From a virus: a stretch of DNA of 64,000 nt. This document shows, piece by piece, positions 1 through 9,442 of the stretch. Below the pieces are notes generated by a model. The model saw only the letters and a list, made by a program, of their open reading frames with translations, was not told where the DNA came from and ran no database searches. Positions within the stretch are counted from its first letter, which is position 1. Every line of letters starts with the position of its first letter. Location: IMG/VR virus record IMGVR_UViG_3300012931_000001, positions 4,711 through 68,710 of that record. One strand, given 5' to 3'. A program made the position numbers and the translations under genes.

Positions 1-1689
1 TATAAGCCGAGACATATCCACGCCAAGGCCGGCCGAGATGTCGGCCAACCGCTTCGTGGTGTCGTAGAGTTGGTCCGTCTCGATCCGGTAAGCGGCGAGC
101 TGTTTCGTGTAGGTTATAAGTTCCTTGATCTGGAACGGGGACTGAAGACCAAGTTCGATCATCTGCGAGAACAGCTTGTCGGCTTTCGGTTTGTCCTGGA
201 TGATCGCGGCCAAAGCGACACGCTGCATTTCGAACTCGGCGGTGGTCTTGACGATGTTACTTGCGAGGCGGTAGGCCCCAAGGACGGAGATGTAGGAATT
301 GACCATTTGAGGCAAGCCGTTCAGCAGGCCGCGTTGCGACTTGTAAGCAGCATTTTGATTGTTAAGACTTTTTACGGCATTATCAGTAGCTCTATTAGCA
401 GAATCTTGAACTTTTGCCGCATTTTTTATAGTCCCAGCAGCTTGCCCAGCCGCCGTTGTTAATTTTTGATATTGCGCTATTAATGCCTGACCCTTTGTGC
501 CTGTCCTATCATTTAGTGATAGCGAATTCCATTGCTTGTTCAGTGCCGAAAATTGAGCCGACAGCGCACCGGATGGAACTTTTAATGATGCGAGTTTTGT
601 CTGGAGGTTTGAAATTAGCGAATCCGCTTCCTTTATTTGCTTATCATCCATATTCAACTTTGACTTCATGGTTGAAATCTGGTTGATTTTTGCGTTAATC
701 TGGGATAGGGTTGCTTCTGGTTTTTTTAATATCTGGTCGTATGTAGCCCATAGCTGCGTTTGACGCGACAAGTTGGTATTAATTTTATCTTGTATGGATA
801 AATTTTGATTATTCAGGTCGATTTCTTTTCGAGCCGATTCAACAGGGGTGGCCTTTAGTTTTTCTTGATTCACCGCCGAGAGTGATGATCTGTACCTATC
901 CATTGCCGCCGATATTTCAGAATATATCGCAGCCTCATCTTTTGTCCCCATCGCCGAAACAGAAACGCTGGTCGTCGGAATTACCTGACCAGCCTGTACG
1001 CTCGCCCTCGCTCTGATTCGCGCATTTATTTTATCAAGTTCAGATTCGAGTTTTTTATATGCGGCGATAGTTTCGTTTACTTTTTTCTCTTCGCTTGTTG
1101 CTTTTAGTGCGGATTCCTGTTTTCCGTACATGTTTCTGATTCTATCTTTGACCGCGAGTAGTTTTTCGTTTGCAATAACAGCCTCCGCACTACCCTCCTT
1201 CTCTGCGTTGATAAACCGCTGAAGTTCGTCGCGCATCGTTTTAAGATTTAATCCAGTCGGATTTTTCCCGCCAATAGATAGTATATCCTTTAATGGCAAC
1301 GCGGCATTAGACACTGATATTATTTCCCCCTTTAACTCTCTTGACTTTTGAATAAGCGACTCTATCTCCTTCTTGTTGTCTGCAACCGGCAACCCAAACG
1401 CTTGCCCAGTCATCCCAATCATTTCATTTTTGATAGCCTGCAATGAACCTTCAAGAGCCTCCACCTCTTTTCGCGTCTTCGCAACGCCAGACCCGGTCAT
1501 TTTAGACATCTCGCCAAGTACTTTTATAAGCGCGTCGCCGTCAATATTAATTTTTGCCGTCAATGGTTTAGCGTCAAGGATTTTCTGCAACGCCGGCTCC
1601 TTGGCCGTCCATTCCTTTTGGAAATGGGATACGTCAATATCCAAGTGCATCGGAAAAATCAAATCTTCACTACCCTCTTGTTTTGCCAT
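1..1689 (-). CDS. Tape measure protein, N-terminal 563 codons (runs off the window start)
   Basis: Not in the ORF track. Read by hand as an open frame from ATG 1689 (MAKQEGSEDLIFPMHLD...) to base 1. Helical K/A/Q-rich; ends in a tape-measure domain-like segment (TTAEFEMQRVALAAIIQDKPKADELFSQMIELGLQSPFQIKELITYTKQLAAY...RLADISAGLGVDMSRLI). Follows the tail chaperone. Confidence 0.9.
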   Translation of the reverse strand, partial: MAKQEGSEDLIFPMHLDIDVSHFQKEWTAKEPALQKILDAKPLTAKINIDGDALIKVLGEMSKMTGSGVAKTRKEVEALEGSLQAIKNEMIGMTGQAFGLPVADNKKEIESLIQKSRELKGEIISVSNAALPLKDILSIGGKNPTGLNLKTMRDELQRFINAEKEGSAEAVIANEKLLAVKDRIRNMYGKQESALKATSEEKKVNETIAAYKKLESELDKINARIRARASVQAGQVIPTTSVSVSAMGTKDEAAIYSEISAAMDRYRSSLSAVNQEKLKATPVESARKEIDLNNQNLSIQDKINTNLSRQTQLWATYDQILKKPEATLSQINAKINQISTMKSKLNMDDKQIKEADSLISNLQTKLASLKVPSGALSAQFSALNKQWNSLSLNDRTGTKGQALIAQYQKLTTAAGQAAGTIKNAAKVQDSANRATDNAVKSLNNQNAAYKSQRGLLNGLPQMVNSYISVLGAYRLASNIVKTTAEFEMQRVALAAIIQDKPKADKLFSQMIELGLQSPFQIKELITYTKQLAAYRIETDQLYDTTKRLADISAGLGVDMSRLI

Positions 1690-2065
1690 CTTCGTTTAAT
1701 TTTTCGCGTATCCGTTGTGCTTTTTGTTCGTCAGTCTCCATGATCTTTGATCCAAAACCAAAATCATCAAGCATTTCGTTAAATTCATCATCTGGCATCT
1801 CCGGGTTATTTTCTTCCATGTTCGGATCAGGAGGTATGGTTCCTTTCTTTCGTAGCCCACTCTTATCCAAAAGCATGATTGTTTGTTTGGCTATACTATC
1901 GACCCACCAATATCTATATGTCGTATATAGAGTCACTGCTCCGTAGAGTTCAATTATTATTTGGTTTCTGCTTCCGAGCTCAGTTCTTGACGAATAGTTT
2001 GCGTATTTATCTCCGACATCCTCTTGATTATCCTGTTGTTTTCCTGAAGGGATGCCGTAAATTGA
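1670..2065 (-). CDS. -1 frame extension of the tail assembly chaperone (T part of a G-T fusion, about 255 aa in total)
   Basis: The -1 frame opens just before a T8 run (plus-strand A8 at 2065-2072) and stays open to 1670. The track ORF 1670..1936 has only a weak GTG start. Confidence 0.75.
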   Translation of the reverse strand, partial: SIYGIPSGKQQDNQEDVGDKYANYSSRTELGSRNQIIIELYGAVTLYTTYRYWWVDSIAKQTIMLLDKSGLRKKGTIPPDPNMEENNPEMPDDEFNEMLDDFGFGSKIMETDEQKAQRIREKLNEDGKTRG

Positions 2066-2436
2066 AAAAAAAGGCTCACATCATTTAATGATGAAAACTC
2101 CTTATAAACAGCTATTAATTCAGATAGCGCGTATTTTCTATGAATATACCTCCAGTGTATCCAGTGAAAAAACTTAACCTTAAACCAACTATGTAAAATC
2201 AGTAGAGACACATACTTTGGGATTACTGTTCTGTTTTTAGAAAGGTTTACCAGTAATTCTTTTGTCTCCGTAGACTCAGATAGTTTTGTATATCTTTCCG
2301 CTACATATCTATCAGCCAAATCCGCCACTGCGTTTGTCATTGGGTGCAAGCGAAGCTCTTTATTTCTAATCTTAAATAATCTAGGCTCGTTGTTTTCTAG
2401 TGCGCGCAATCTTAAATTATCCTCGGTGGTTGCCAT
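1957..2436 (-). CDS. Tail assembly chaperone (gpG-like)
   Basis: Lies between the major tail and tape measure genes; likely start MATTEDN at 2436; contains the slippery run. Confidence 0.75.
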   Translation of the reverse strand: MATTEDNLRLRALENNEPRLFKIRNKELRLHPMTNAVADLADRYVAERYTKLSESTETKELLVNLSKNRTVIPKYVSLLILHSWFKVKFFHWIHWRYIHRKYALSELIAVYKEFSSLNDVSLFFQFTASLQENNRIIKRMSEINTQTIRQELSSEAETK

Positions 2437-2462
2437 TTTTTTTATTTTTTTGTTTAAAAACA

Positions 2463-2495
2463 AGAAAAGGCAGGCTTATTTCACCCGCCTTTTCT
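2463..2495 (-). terminator. Intrinsic terminator after the major tail gene
   Basis: AGAAAAGGCGGG-loop-CCTGCCTTTTCT hairpin followed by a U-rich tail on the minus strand. Confidence 0.65.
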
Positions 2496-2512
2496 ATGCA
2501 TTTATCGCAATA

Positions 2513-3106
2513 TTACGCTGTATAATTTGGCGTTGTTGCGCGTATAATCATCAACTGCTTCAGGTTGGTAGTCGAGATTGATTGAGCTTCAAATGATAGC
2601 TTTAATCCAACTCCGCTGTCCTGCGAAATCAGAGAGGCCGTCACTTGGCATTTAGGGAAGAAGATCGCGGTTTTCTTTTGCTTATCAAACACAGCCACAG
2701 GCATGATTTGAGTGTAGAAATTACCATCCACCCCAACGATGTCAGATGAAGTAAGCCAAGTGGAAGAGCTCAAGGAGGCGTCAGTAATAGACACACCACC
2801 CAAGAACTTCGTAGTTAGTGCTTTATTTAGCCTAATACATACAGCTTCAAAAGAATTCGTGCCGCCTTCGGCGTAAGAAGCTTCAACGTTACCATCTTCG
2901 TCCTTAATCTGCGTGATCTCAGGTTCGTCACCGGTCCAAGCCGCCGTACCATTGTACAGTGGACGTACTTTCATCGCGTTTGCGAATGAGGATACTTTTG
3001 CGGTTTCGTAAGCGGTGTCAGTAATCGCGTCGAAAACCACCAGTTCACCCAGCATGGAGAAGCATCCACCGACACTTGCATCCAAATTAGAAATAGTATT
3101 TGCCAT
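2513..3106 (-). CDS. Major tail (tube) protein
   Basis: 197 aa, S/T-rich and beta-rich; canonical position before the chaperone; followed by a terminator. Confidence 0.75.
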   Translation of the reverse strand: MANTISNLDASVGGCFSMLGELVVFDAITDTAYETAKVSSFANAMKVRPLYNGTAAWTGDEPEITQIKDEDGNVEASYAEGGTNSFEAVCIRLNKALTTKFLGGVSITDASLSSSTWLTSSDIVGVDGNFYTQIMPVAVFDKQKKTAIFFPKCQVTASLISQDSGVGLKLSFEAQSISTTNLKQLMIIRATTPNYTA

Positions 3107-3109
3107 TTT

Positions 3110-3529
3110 TTAATAATTTATGTAACAATTCACGTTGATAATTTTTGTTGAATATCCCGAGACTAAACTTTTTCCGTCATACACAACCGGGTTTACGGCC
3201 AGTTCGTAGGCGAAAGAGTCTTGTCCGAAGGTTGTTGTTGTCGTATCCTCAAACAGTGACTGAAATTTACCGATAACAAGGTTTGATTTTATCTGGTTCA
3301 CAGCTCCGGTCGTCAGCAGCTTTGTGTATATTGAGACAGAAAGCACACATGATGCCTGCGCGAACTTCTCGGCGTTCGTCTTGATTCCACCATTTGGCTC
3401 TATCAGGATAAAGCTATCCGGGAGCCCGGAACTCGTAAGTCCGCCATTGACGTATATCGAAGCGTCACAACCTGCTGTCGCCATCAGGTTTTTAAGCGGG
3501 GTCGATGCGTCTATGTTCAGTGCTACCAT
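3110..3529 (-). CDS. Tail terminator / tail completion protein
   Basis: 139 aa; position immediately upstream of the tail tube gene. Confidence 0.55.
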   Translation of the reverse strand: MVALNIDASTPLKNLMATAGCDASIYVNGGLTSSGLPDSFILIEPNGGIKTNAEKFAQASCVLSVSIYTKLLTTGAVNQIKSNLVIGKFQSLFEDTTTTTFGQDSFAYELAVNPVVYDGKSLVSGYSTKIINVNCYINY

Positions 3530-3532
3530 GTT

Positions 3533-4066
3533 TCAAAATGTTGCAAAACGCGATTTATGCGCTTTTGGTTTAAAATTTCCAGACAATATCTGGTTTGCGT
3601 GAGCAACAACGATTTGATTAACGAGATCCGACAACTCATCAGCATAGTCATCAAAATAACCGATATGGGCTGTATGAACTTCATTTAACCATTTTGCATA
3701 AGGCTGCGCGGCGTATAGGACAATCCATACCCCTTTGCTAAATTTAGATGCTCCAAAATTAAGGGCCAATGCTAATTGCTCCCTTCCCCTGTAGTATCCT
3801 CCGCTCCAGACTTGCAGCTCATTTCTAACTAAATCTCGCTCAGACCTAAACACAGTCACGACTCCGTCTATGTAGATAGCCACCGCTGTGGCCTCCCTTG
3901 CGTTTCCGGTGTCAAGTGGATAATAAACCTCGTCGATCTGCTCCATTATCAGATTAGCGATAGAGGCTAATCCGTCATATATAGCATCGGTCAGAAGCGG
4001 CCTGTTTCTCTTTCCATTGATACGCTTATCAATCACCGCTACATTATGTTGCGTAAATGCGCTCAT
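3533..4066 (-). CDS. Neck / tail completion protein (HK97 gp10-like)
   Basis: 177 aa; YPLDTGN and YAAQPYAKWLNE motifs resemble gp10-like proteins; gene order fits. Confidence 0.55.
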   Translation of the reverse strand: MSAFTQHNVAVIDKRINGKRNRPLLTDAIYDGLASIANLIMEQIDEVYYPLDTGNAREATAVAIYIDGVVTVFRSERDLVRNELQVWSGGYYRGREQLALALNFGASKFSKGVWIVLYAAQPYAKWLNEVHTAHIGYFDDYADELSDLVNQIVVAHANQILSGNFKPKAHKSRFATF

Positions 4067-4417
4067 TTACTCGTCTTGGTTTTGTTTCAGCCAGATTGTC
4101 GTACCTTCCATTCCAGTCCATGCGCAGGGATCGTAATTTTTGATTGTACCTGTCGATATTCTCCCTGAGAATCCAGTCACGGTAACGATGTCGTTGACCT
4201 TGAACGGGATGTCGTAAACGGGGATTATCAGTTTCGGTGCGCTCTTGAATTCCAGACCTTGCAGCGTGGTATCGCCGGACGTGTTCAGGTTGAAGCCGCA
4301 TTTTCCGGAATACAGGGTGTCGAACATTTCCTCCCCGGTACTCGCGTTGACAGAGCCATTGGCCCTGTTTATCACGCAAGTATCAGGATAGAATATGTCG
4401 TCATCCACGTATGTCAT
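4067..4417 (-). CDS. Head closure / stopper protein
   Basis: 116 aa beta-rich protein (YPDTCVINR...VNDIVTVT...GTTIW); gene order fits. Confidence 0.6.
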   Translation of the reverse strand: MTYVDDDIFYPDTCVINRANGSVNASTGEEMFDTLYSGKCGFNLNTSGDTTLQGLEFKSAPKLIIPVYDIPFKVNDIVTVTGFSGRISTGTIKNYDPCAWTGMEGTTIWLKQNQDE

Positions 4418-4779
4418 TTCCAGAGGTATGATGCGTCGTAAACCATGCTTTCATTCGGAGTTGTCACTCCCCACTTGGCCCGCAGTGATTCTGCCCGCAG
4501 CCTCCATGCAGCGCGGTCGGATTCGGTCGCGCTGTATGAGGATGAGGATACGCTTCGGTTGTCAATCTTTACCGAGCTTCCGCCACCGGAAACGAATCCG
4601 GCTGCGGCTTCCCACATCATGGCCTCCATCAGGTCGCGGTTTTGCTCCGAGACCGTGCTCGCCAATACCCCTGACTCCACGCCATACCTCAAAAGCGCCC
4701 TCTCGATGGTGTCATCGGAGAAGTTGTAATTCGAGATTATGGATTGCAGATACTGGTTTATGGTCAGTGTAGATGCCAT
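4414..4779 (-). CDS. Head-tail adaptor protein
   Basis: 121 aa directly after the major capsid gene; helical N-terminus; SSVKIDNRSVS...LRAKWG C-terminus typical of adaptors. Confidence 0.6.
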   Translation of the reverse strand: MASTLTINQYLQSIISNYNFSDDTIERALLRYGVESGVLASTVSEQNRDLMEAMMWEAAAGFVSGGGSSVKIDNRSVSSSSYSATESDRAAWRLRAESLRAKWGVTTPNESMVYDASYLWK

Positions 4780-4791
4780 GATTGGTTCGGT

Positions 4792-5973
4792 TTAGGATGC
4801 GCCGTATGGATGCAAATACCACATATACTGCGGTTTGTCAGGAACGACCAATGTGGTCATTTCTGTCTCAAACTGCTGAATCTTGCGCTGAGGCTGGGAT
4901 GTTACGGTCAGCAACAGGCGCCCACCATAATAAGAGGCGGTCGAGTCGGCACCCGGAGCAGGAAATGGTTGTACAGTGTGTATCTCACCAAGGCTTCCGT
5001 CAGGCACAAGCACGATGACGTTGGCATCAAAGGCGCGGATCTGCGTTTCAGTCAACACCCCTTTTGCCGTTAATGCTTCTCCGTTCACGATGCTATCGAT
5101 GATTTTGAAAGGACAGTCAAGGATTTCTCCGAGCTTGTTCATTCGTTCCTTGTACGGAAGCATCGCAGCAGCAGCGGATTGGGAGGCAGCATCCGCAAGC
5201 GGATAAAGATATGCGCCGACTTTAGCGAGAACCTTGCTATGGTTAGCTACTTGCTTTGCGTACAGTTTGTCGATTTCAAAATGTTTTGCCGCAATACCTT
5301 TGTCTTCAGCCGCGTCAATCATTGTTTGAAAATCGGAAACCGGATCGCAAGAACTGCCTTCGCTCGAATAGACACCGCTTGTATTAACTGTCCACCAACG
5401 GGCATTCCCCGTCTTGGTTGTGATATTCCCAAGCGGAATATGCGATGCGAAAGTGTCTTTGATCCCGCGAGGGTTATTCGCATTGGTCAATTCCAATTTT
5501 CCGGCTGATACGATCTGGTGACGCTGATAGGTCACGGACATCGTGTGCCCACCGATCAGGTAGTCAAGCTTGTTGAAAAGTTCAGTGATGGCGTTTTCGA
5601 GGGCGGCGTTACCGGAACCTCCGTACATTTTATTGATTATTTCCTGCTTACGCCAAGAGTCCTCATCATAAAACTGTACTTTTTTCTGGCGCGGTATTTT
5701 GCCGGTTGACAAGGTGAAACCTTTGGTTCCGTCCGGAATCACATCTGCCTGAGTGGGCACATAGGTGGCCATCTTGTACAGGTTTAATTCCTTCTGGATC
5801 TGCTCGTAGGTGAAATCGAGCTGCATTGCCGGGGCAAACGCGAATCCGTCCCATTGGGCCAAATTATATTTGTTCGCCATTACATTGTCCAAGAATCCCT
5901 GGAGTTTTGCGGAGCTGCTCGCACCCAGTGCGCCAGCTATGAGGTCATAGACCCCTGTTGAATAGGTATTCAT
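4792..5973 (-). CDS. Major capsid protein (HK97 fold)
   Basis: 393 aa after the scaffold and decoration genes; gpE-like features (IPRQKKVQFYDE, ETEMTTLVVPDKP). Confidence 0.85.
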   Translation of the reverse strand: MNTYSTGVYDLIAGALGASSSAKLQGFLDNVMANKYNLAQWDGFAFAPAMQLDFTYEQIQKELNLYKMATYVPTQADVIPDGTKGFTLSTGKIPRQKKVQFYDEDSWRKQEIINKMYGGSGNAALENAITELFNKLDYLIGGHTMSVTYQRHQIVSAGKLELTNANNPRGIKDTFASHIPLGNITTKTGNARWWTVNTSGVYSSEGSSCDPVSDFQTMIDAAEDKGIAAKHFEIDKLYAKQVANHSKVLAKVGAYLYPLADAASQSAAAAMLPYKERMNKLGEILDCPFKIIDSIVNGEALTAKGVLTETQIRAFDANVIVLVPDGSLGEIHTVQPFPAPGADSTASYYGGRLLLTVTSQPQRKIQQFETEMTTLVVPDKPQYMWYLHPYGAS

Positions 5974-5976
5974 GGA

Positions 5977-6621
5977 TTACAGTTCTTTACGGAATTTCAC
6001 ATTTGGCAATAGCGCACGGATATTTGCAGGAACGGTCGGTATCCGATCCTCCAGTACGACACCTTCATCAACAAGGGTGAGGTGTCCGCAAATTCCGCCG
6101 GTTCCAATAGGAAGATCATGCAATAACAGTCCGTTTGCGGGAGCCTTCATTGATTTTCCTGATCCAGCCTCTACGGCCAAAACAAGATAATCGCCAGCCG
6201 AGGCTGCACCAATAGCGTTTGCGGCAATACTGATGTTGTAATTCAAGGATGCGTCGATAGCAACCGCCGAGTTTACAGCAGCCTTTCCAGTCGTTCCAGA
6301 TGCCGGGTTCACCATAAAGATATGGCTCGTGGTCGGAACGGTTCCGAGATTACCGAGTTTTACCGTTATATTGGTATCAGCAGTGGAGATGTCAGTCACA
6401 ACTTCAAATACCTCCAGTGGGGTTTGCAGTCCTCCGATAGAGGCTTGATAGCATGGTGTTCCAGCCGGGATCACAGTGTCCGCAACGAGATATTCCGCTG
6501 CGAGCTGACCCCCTCCGGGTAGCACGCCAATCTGAACTTGTGGCATCCATACAGGGGTCATTCCCCCGAAAGATTGCGAACCAGACGCATTAACGTCGAA
6601 TCCGCCCAAGTATAAGCTCAT
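5977..6621 (-). CDS. Head decoration / capsid-associated protein
   Basis: 214 aa, G/A/T/S-rich, between the scaffold and capsid genes. Confidence 0.6.
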   Translation of the reverse strand: MSLYLGGFDVNASGSQSFGGMTPVWMPQVQIGVLPGGGQLAAEYLVADTVIPAGTPCYQASIGGLQTPLEVFEVVTDISTADTNITVKLGNLGTVPTTSHIFMVNPASGTTGKAAVNSAVAIDASLNYNISIAANAIGAASAGDYLVLAVEAGSGKSMKAPANGLLLHDLPIGTGGICGHLTLVDEGVVLEDRIPTVPANIRALLPNVKFRKEL

Positions 6622-6646
6622 TTTTTTTAGTTTTAAATTAATAATA

Positions 6647-7345
6647 TCAGTTTATTTTTGCTGATTCTTGGGTTGGAAGTTTTCCGAGGTTCTGCAAGAT
6701 TTTATTTGCCGCTGCAAATTGCGCCGCATCCGATCCTGTAGCCCCGCCTGACTGCTCTGCAGGGACATAAGGGGAATCAACCCCCGCAATCTTCGCCAGA
6801 TCGTCAAACTCAGCCTTCATTGCCGTTGTGATGTCTTCTACCCTTGAATCCTTCCCGACTTGGGACTTCACCGTCGTGAAAACGCGATCCTTAATCATCT
6901 TCACCCTCTCATTTGAAAGATCGGGTTTGTTTTTTTCAAGGAATGCGTTCTGCGCTTGCGTGAAGATGCTTTCGGTCGTTCGCTGCGTGTCAATTTCGCC
7001 AAGTTTTGAAGTGAATGGCTCAATTGACTCTTTGAAAATCGCTCTTACGTCTTCTGCTGTCAATCCGCCTGTAGGTGTTACTGGTGGAGTTGTTGGCGGT
7101 GCGGTCGGTTTCGGGTTTTTAGCTTCCCAGTCTTTGACAAAATCAGATTGTTCCTTAATAAGGTTTCCGTTTGCGGTCACAAACATAGGCTCGGCATTCT
7201 TTAAAAAGTCTGCGAGTTCAGTTTCTTCACCAGCGAACGCCATAGCATTCACAATCATTTCATCAACGCTCCGGTCGCTGAGTTTTCGGGTGCTTCCCAG
7301 TTTTGCCACGATTTTTTCGCGGACTTGCTCTTTTGTAAATTTCAT
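6647..7345 (-). CDS. Capsid scaffolding protein
   Basis: Likely start MKFTKEQ at 7345; helical with a Pro/Thr linker (PTAPPTTPPVTPT); first gene of the head operon. Confidence 0.7.
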   Translation of the reverse strand: MKFTKEQVREKIVAKLGSTRKLSDRSVDEMIVNAMAFAGEETELADFLKNAEPMFVTANGNLIKEQSDFVKDWEAKNPKPTAPPTTPPVTPTGGLTAEDVRAIFKESIEPFTSKLGEIDTQRTTESIFTQAQNAFLEKNKPDLSNERVKMIKDRVFTTVKSQVGKDSRVEDITTAMKAEFDDLAKIAGVDSPYVPAEQSGGATGSDAAQFAAANKILQNLGKLPTQESAKIN

Positions 7346-7371
7346 AGTGTTTCTATAAATTTGGTTAAAAT

Positions 7372-7427
7372 AAAAAAGCCCAGAATACAAAGCGTGTTTC
7401 GCTTGTTTTCTGGACTCTATGGTCTCT
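7372..7427 (-). promoter_or_regulatory. Leader of the head operon: tandem AGAG(A/T)CCA repeats overlapping a terminator-like hairpin
   Basis: Minus strand reads AGAGACCA-T-AGAGTCCA, then GTCCAGAA..TTCTGGGC stem plus TTTTTT, ending 26 nt before the scaffold ATG. Confidence 0.55.
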
Positions 7428-7486
7428 GTGGCCTATAAGGCCTTTATGTTTTTAAAAAACTCACCCCATAAAAGGGTGTCTGGATT

Positions 7487-7660
7487 TTATTCTCCTGATT
7501 TTATCGTTATTAAATTCATTTCCCCACAATGTCTGCAATAAATGGAAAGAATGACAGAACCGGTTACGGAAATTGCGGCCACAGGTAGTTTCTTGCCGCA
7601 TTTACAGCACACCTCTTGGCCCTTGCCTTGTCGTTCAATTCCTTTTTCTGAATGTTCCAT
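7487..7660 (-). CDS. Com-like zinc-ribbon regulator
   Basis: 57 aa from MEHSEK; CCKCGKKL...IYCRHCGEMNLI matches the Mu Com pattern of two CxxC pairs. Confidence 0.65.
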   Translation of the reverse strand: MEHSEKGIERQGKGQEVCCKCGKKLPVAAISVTGSVILSIYCRHCGEMNLITIKSGE

Positions 7661-7675
7661 CGGTAAAATTTGCAT

Positions 7676-7723
7676 CAAATATAAACAATTAATATTCACC
7701 TTGCAATATTTTCCCTATATTTG
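7676..7723. promoter_or_regulatory. Divergent Bacteroidota-type -7 promoter boxes (head operon / terminase)
   Basis: TATATTTG on minus (7676-7683) and on plus (7716-7723); -33 boxes are not canonical. Confidence 0.55.
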
Positions 7724-7743
7724 TGTTAAAAATATTACCACCC

Positions 7744-9432
7744 ATGCTGAAATTGAAACAGGAACGGGTCGCTTGGCCTGCAAAATATCCGAAAGTGGAG
7801 AGGAAAGAGCCAACGATAGATGAGGAAGGCTGGGTAAAAGTGGATGGTAAACTGCTCAGAAAGGGCGTGGATATTATTCCACAGGAGGGGCTGCAAACCG
7901 AGATGATAACGGAAAACGTCGATATACAGCTACTCGGGGGAGACCCCGGGGCGGGGAAAAGCTACGGAATACTCTTAGCCGCATTGGACGGAATAGATAG
8001 ACCCGGATACGGCGCGCTAATAGTGAAAAAACAACTCGTCGCAACAAAAGGCGGGGCCGGTGGTATAATCGAAGACGCTAAGAGGATCTATATACCTTTC
8101 GCTGATTGTGAGTTTAGAGAGTCTGACAATCCGACTTTTTCATTTCCGGGATGGGGCACAGCGGTCACGTTTACCCATGCAAATTTCTCAGGAGAAAGCT
8201 CGAAATCCCTGACGGACGCACAGGAAAAATTCAAAAATTTTCAAATTTCCCATTTGTATGTAGATGAAGCAACCGACCATTCGTGGAAGGTTGTCAGTTA
8301 TTTATTGAGCAGAAATAGGGACAACTCGGGTGTCCCTCCAAAAATGATATTGACGTTCAATACGAATAGCGACCACTGGACAAGACAACTAATAGATTGG
8401 TGGATAGACGAACATGGCAATGTCATTCCAGAAAGAATCGGCGTTGTTAGATACTGTCATATCCAAGGAGATAGCGTCAGGGATATTGTATGGGGAAGCA
8501 CAAGGGAAGAAGTCGTCAGGCTGTGCGGGATCAAAATTAGGCAGGACTTGTCTGATTTCGGGATGTCCGCCGAGCAGTTGGTAATGTCGGTAATTTTCCG
8601 TCCAAGTGGAATGCTTGACAACAAGATACTGCTTTCCTCCACCAAAGGAAGGCACGCAGCGAATATCTTCAACCTTGGAGGTACAGAAACAGGCAAGTTG
8701 TATCATAACAACTGGAACCAGGAAGTTGAAGGCGTCGCAACCGTATCCCGCCAGATGATAAAAAATATGTGGGGGAACCCTACAATCGACGGAAGACAGA
8801 TGTACGCCTCCCTTGATGTGGCGGGTGGCGGAGACAACTGTGTTATGGTTATATGGAAAGAATTGACGATCGTCGCCATCGAAAATTTTGACGGGGATTA
8901 CAAACAGTTGGAGCAGTGGATTTCCGTTATACTACGGCAATACGGGGTTCCGATAGAAAATATGGCGTTTGACGCAACCGGATCTGGTTCATATCTGAAA
9001 TCGTATACTAACGGTCGGGCTATAACCGCCAATGCTCGGGCAATCCAAGAGGTTGACGAGGCGGGGAATCCCGTCCTGATGGAGCAGTTCTATAATATCC
9101 GCTCTCAGTTGATGGGTAAAATGCAATACCTGATGGAAACCGGCCAAATCTCCTGCTTGGTGGACATGCACAGATTATACCCGCATGGCAGTAAAAAAAC
9201 ACCAAAGGAGCTGATAGAAATCCTGTACGTAGAGGCCGACGAATTCCGGAGGACGACAAAAAACAATAAATTTTATTTCAAACTGAAGACCGAGTTCAAG
9301 GAAAGATACGGGTATTCTCCTGATTACTGGGATGCAATATTATATCGAGCAATATTTGAGTTGGAAAGCAAAAGCCGGAAGGAGATTGAGCAGGAACTTA
9401 CTATTGCTGATTATGCAGCGCTATGGGGATGA
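7744..9432 (+). CDS. terL: Terminase large subunit
   Basis: Walker A GGDPGAGKS, Walker B YVDEA, motif III TFN, nuclease motif LDVAGGGD, C-terminal SPDYWDA. Confidence 0.92.
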   Translation: MLKLKQERVAWPAKYPKVERKEPTIDEEGWVKVDGKLLRKGVDIIPQEGLQTEMITENVDIQLLGGDPGAGKSYGILLAALDGIDRPGYGALIVKKQLVATKGGAGGIIEDAKRIYIPFADCEFRESDNPTFSFPGWGTAVTFTHANFSGESSKSLTDAQEKFKNFQISHLYVDEATDHSWKVVSYLLSRNRDNSGVPPKMILTFNTNSDHWTRQLIDWWIDEHGNVIPERIGVVRYCHIQGDSVRDIVWGSTREEVVRLCGIKIRQDLSDFGMSAEQLVMSVIFRPSGMLDNKILLSSTKGRHAANIFNLGGTETGKLYHNNWNQEVEGVATVSRQMIKNMWGNPTIDGRQMYASLDVAGGGDNCVMVIWKELTIVAIENFDGDYKQLEQWISVILRQYGVPIENMAFDATGSGSYLKSYTNGRAITANARAIQEVDEAGNPVLMEQFYNIRSQLMGKMQYLMETGQISCLVDMHRLYPHGSKKTPKELIEILYVEADEFRRTTKNNKFYFKLKTEFKERYGYSPDYWDAILYRAIFELESKSRKEIEQELTIADYAALWG

Positions 9433-9442
9433 GTCTCCCTAA

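Noticed and set aside
70-1699. Plus-strand ORFs 70-462, 456-686 and 1373-1699, and similar shadows (6828-7358, 15075-15539, 32400-32978, 54549-55001)
   Set aside because: Antisense to well-supported genes, with no motifs.
2513-4779. Contractile tail
   Set aside because: No sheath or baseplate wedge genes; the tube, chaperone frameshift and tape measure order indicates a non-contractile tail.
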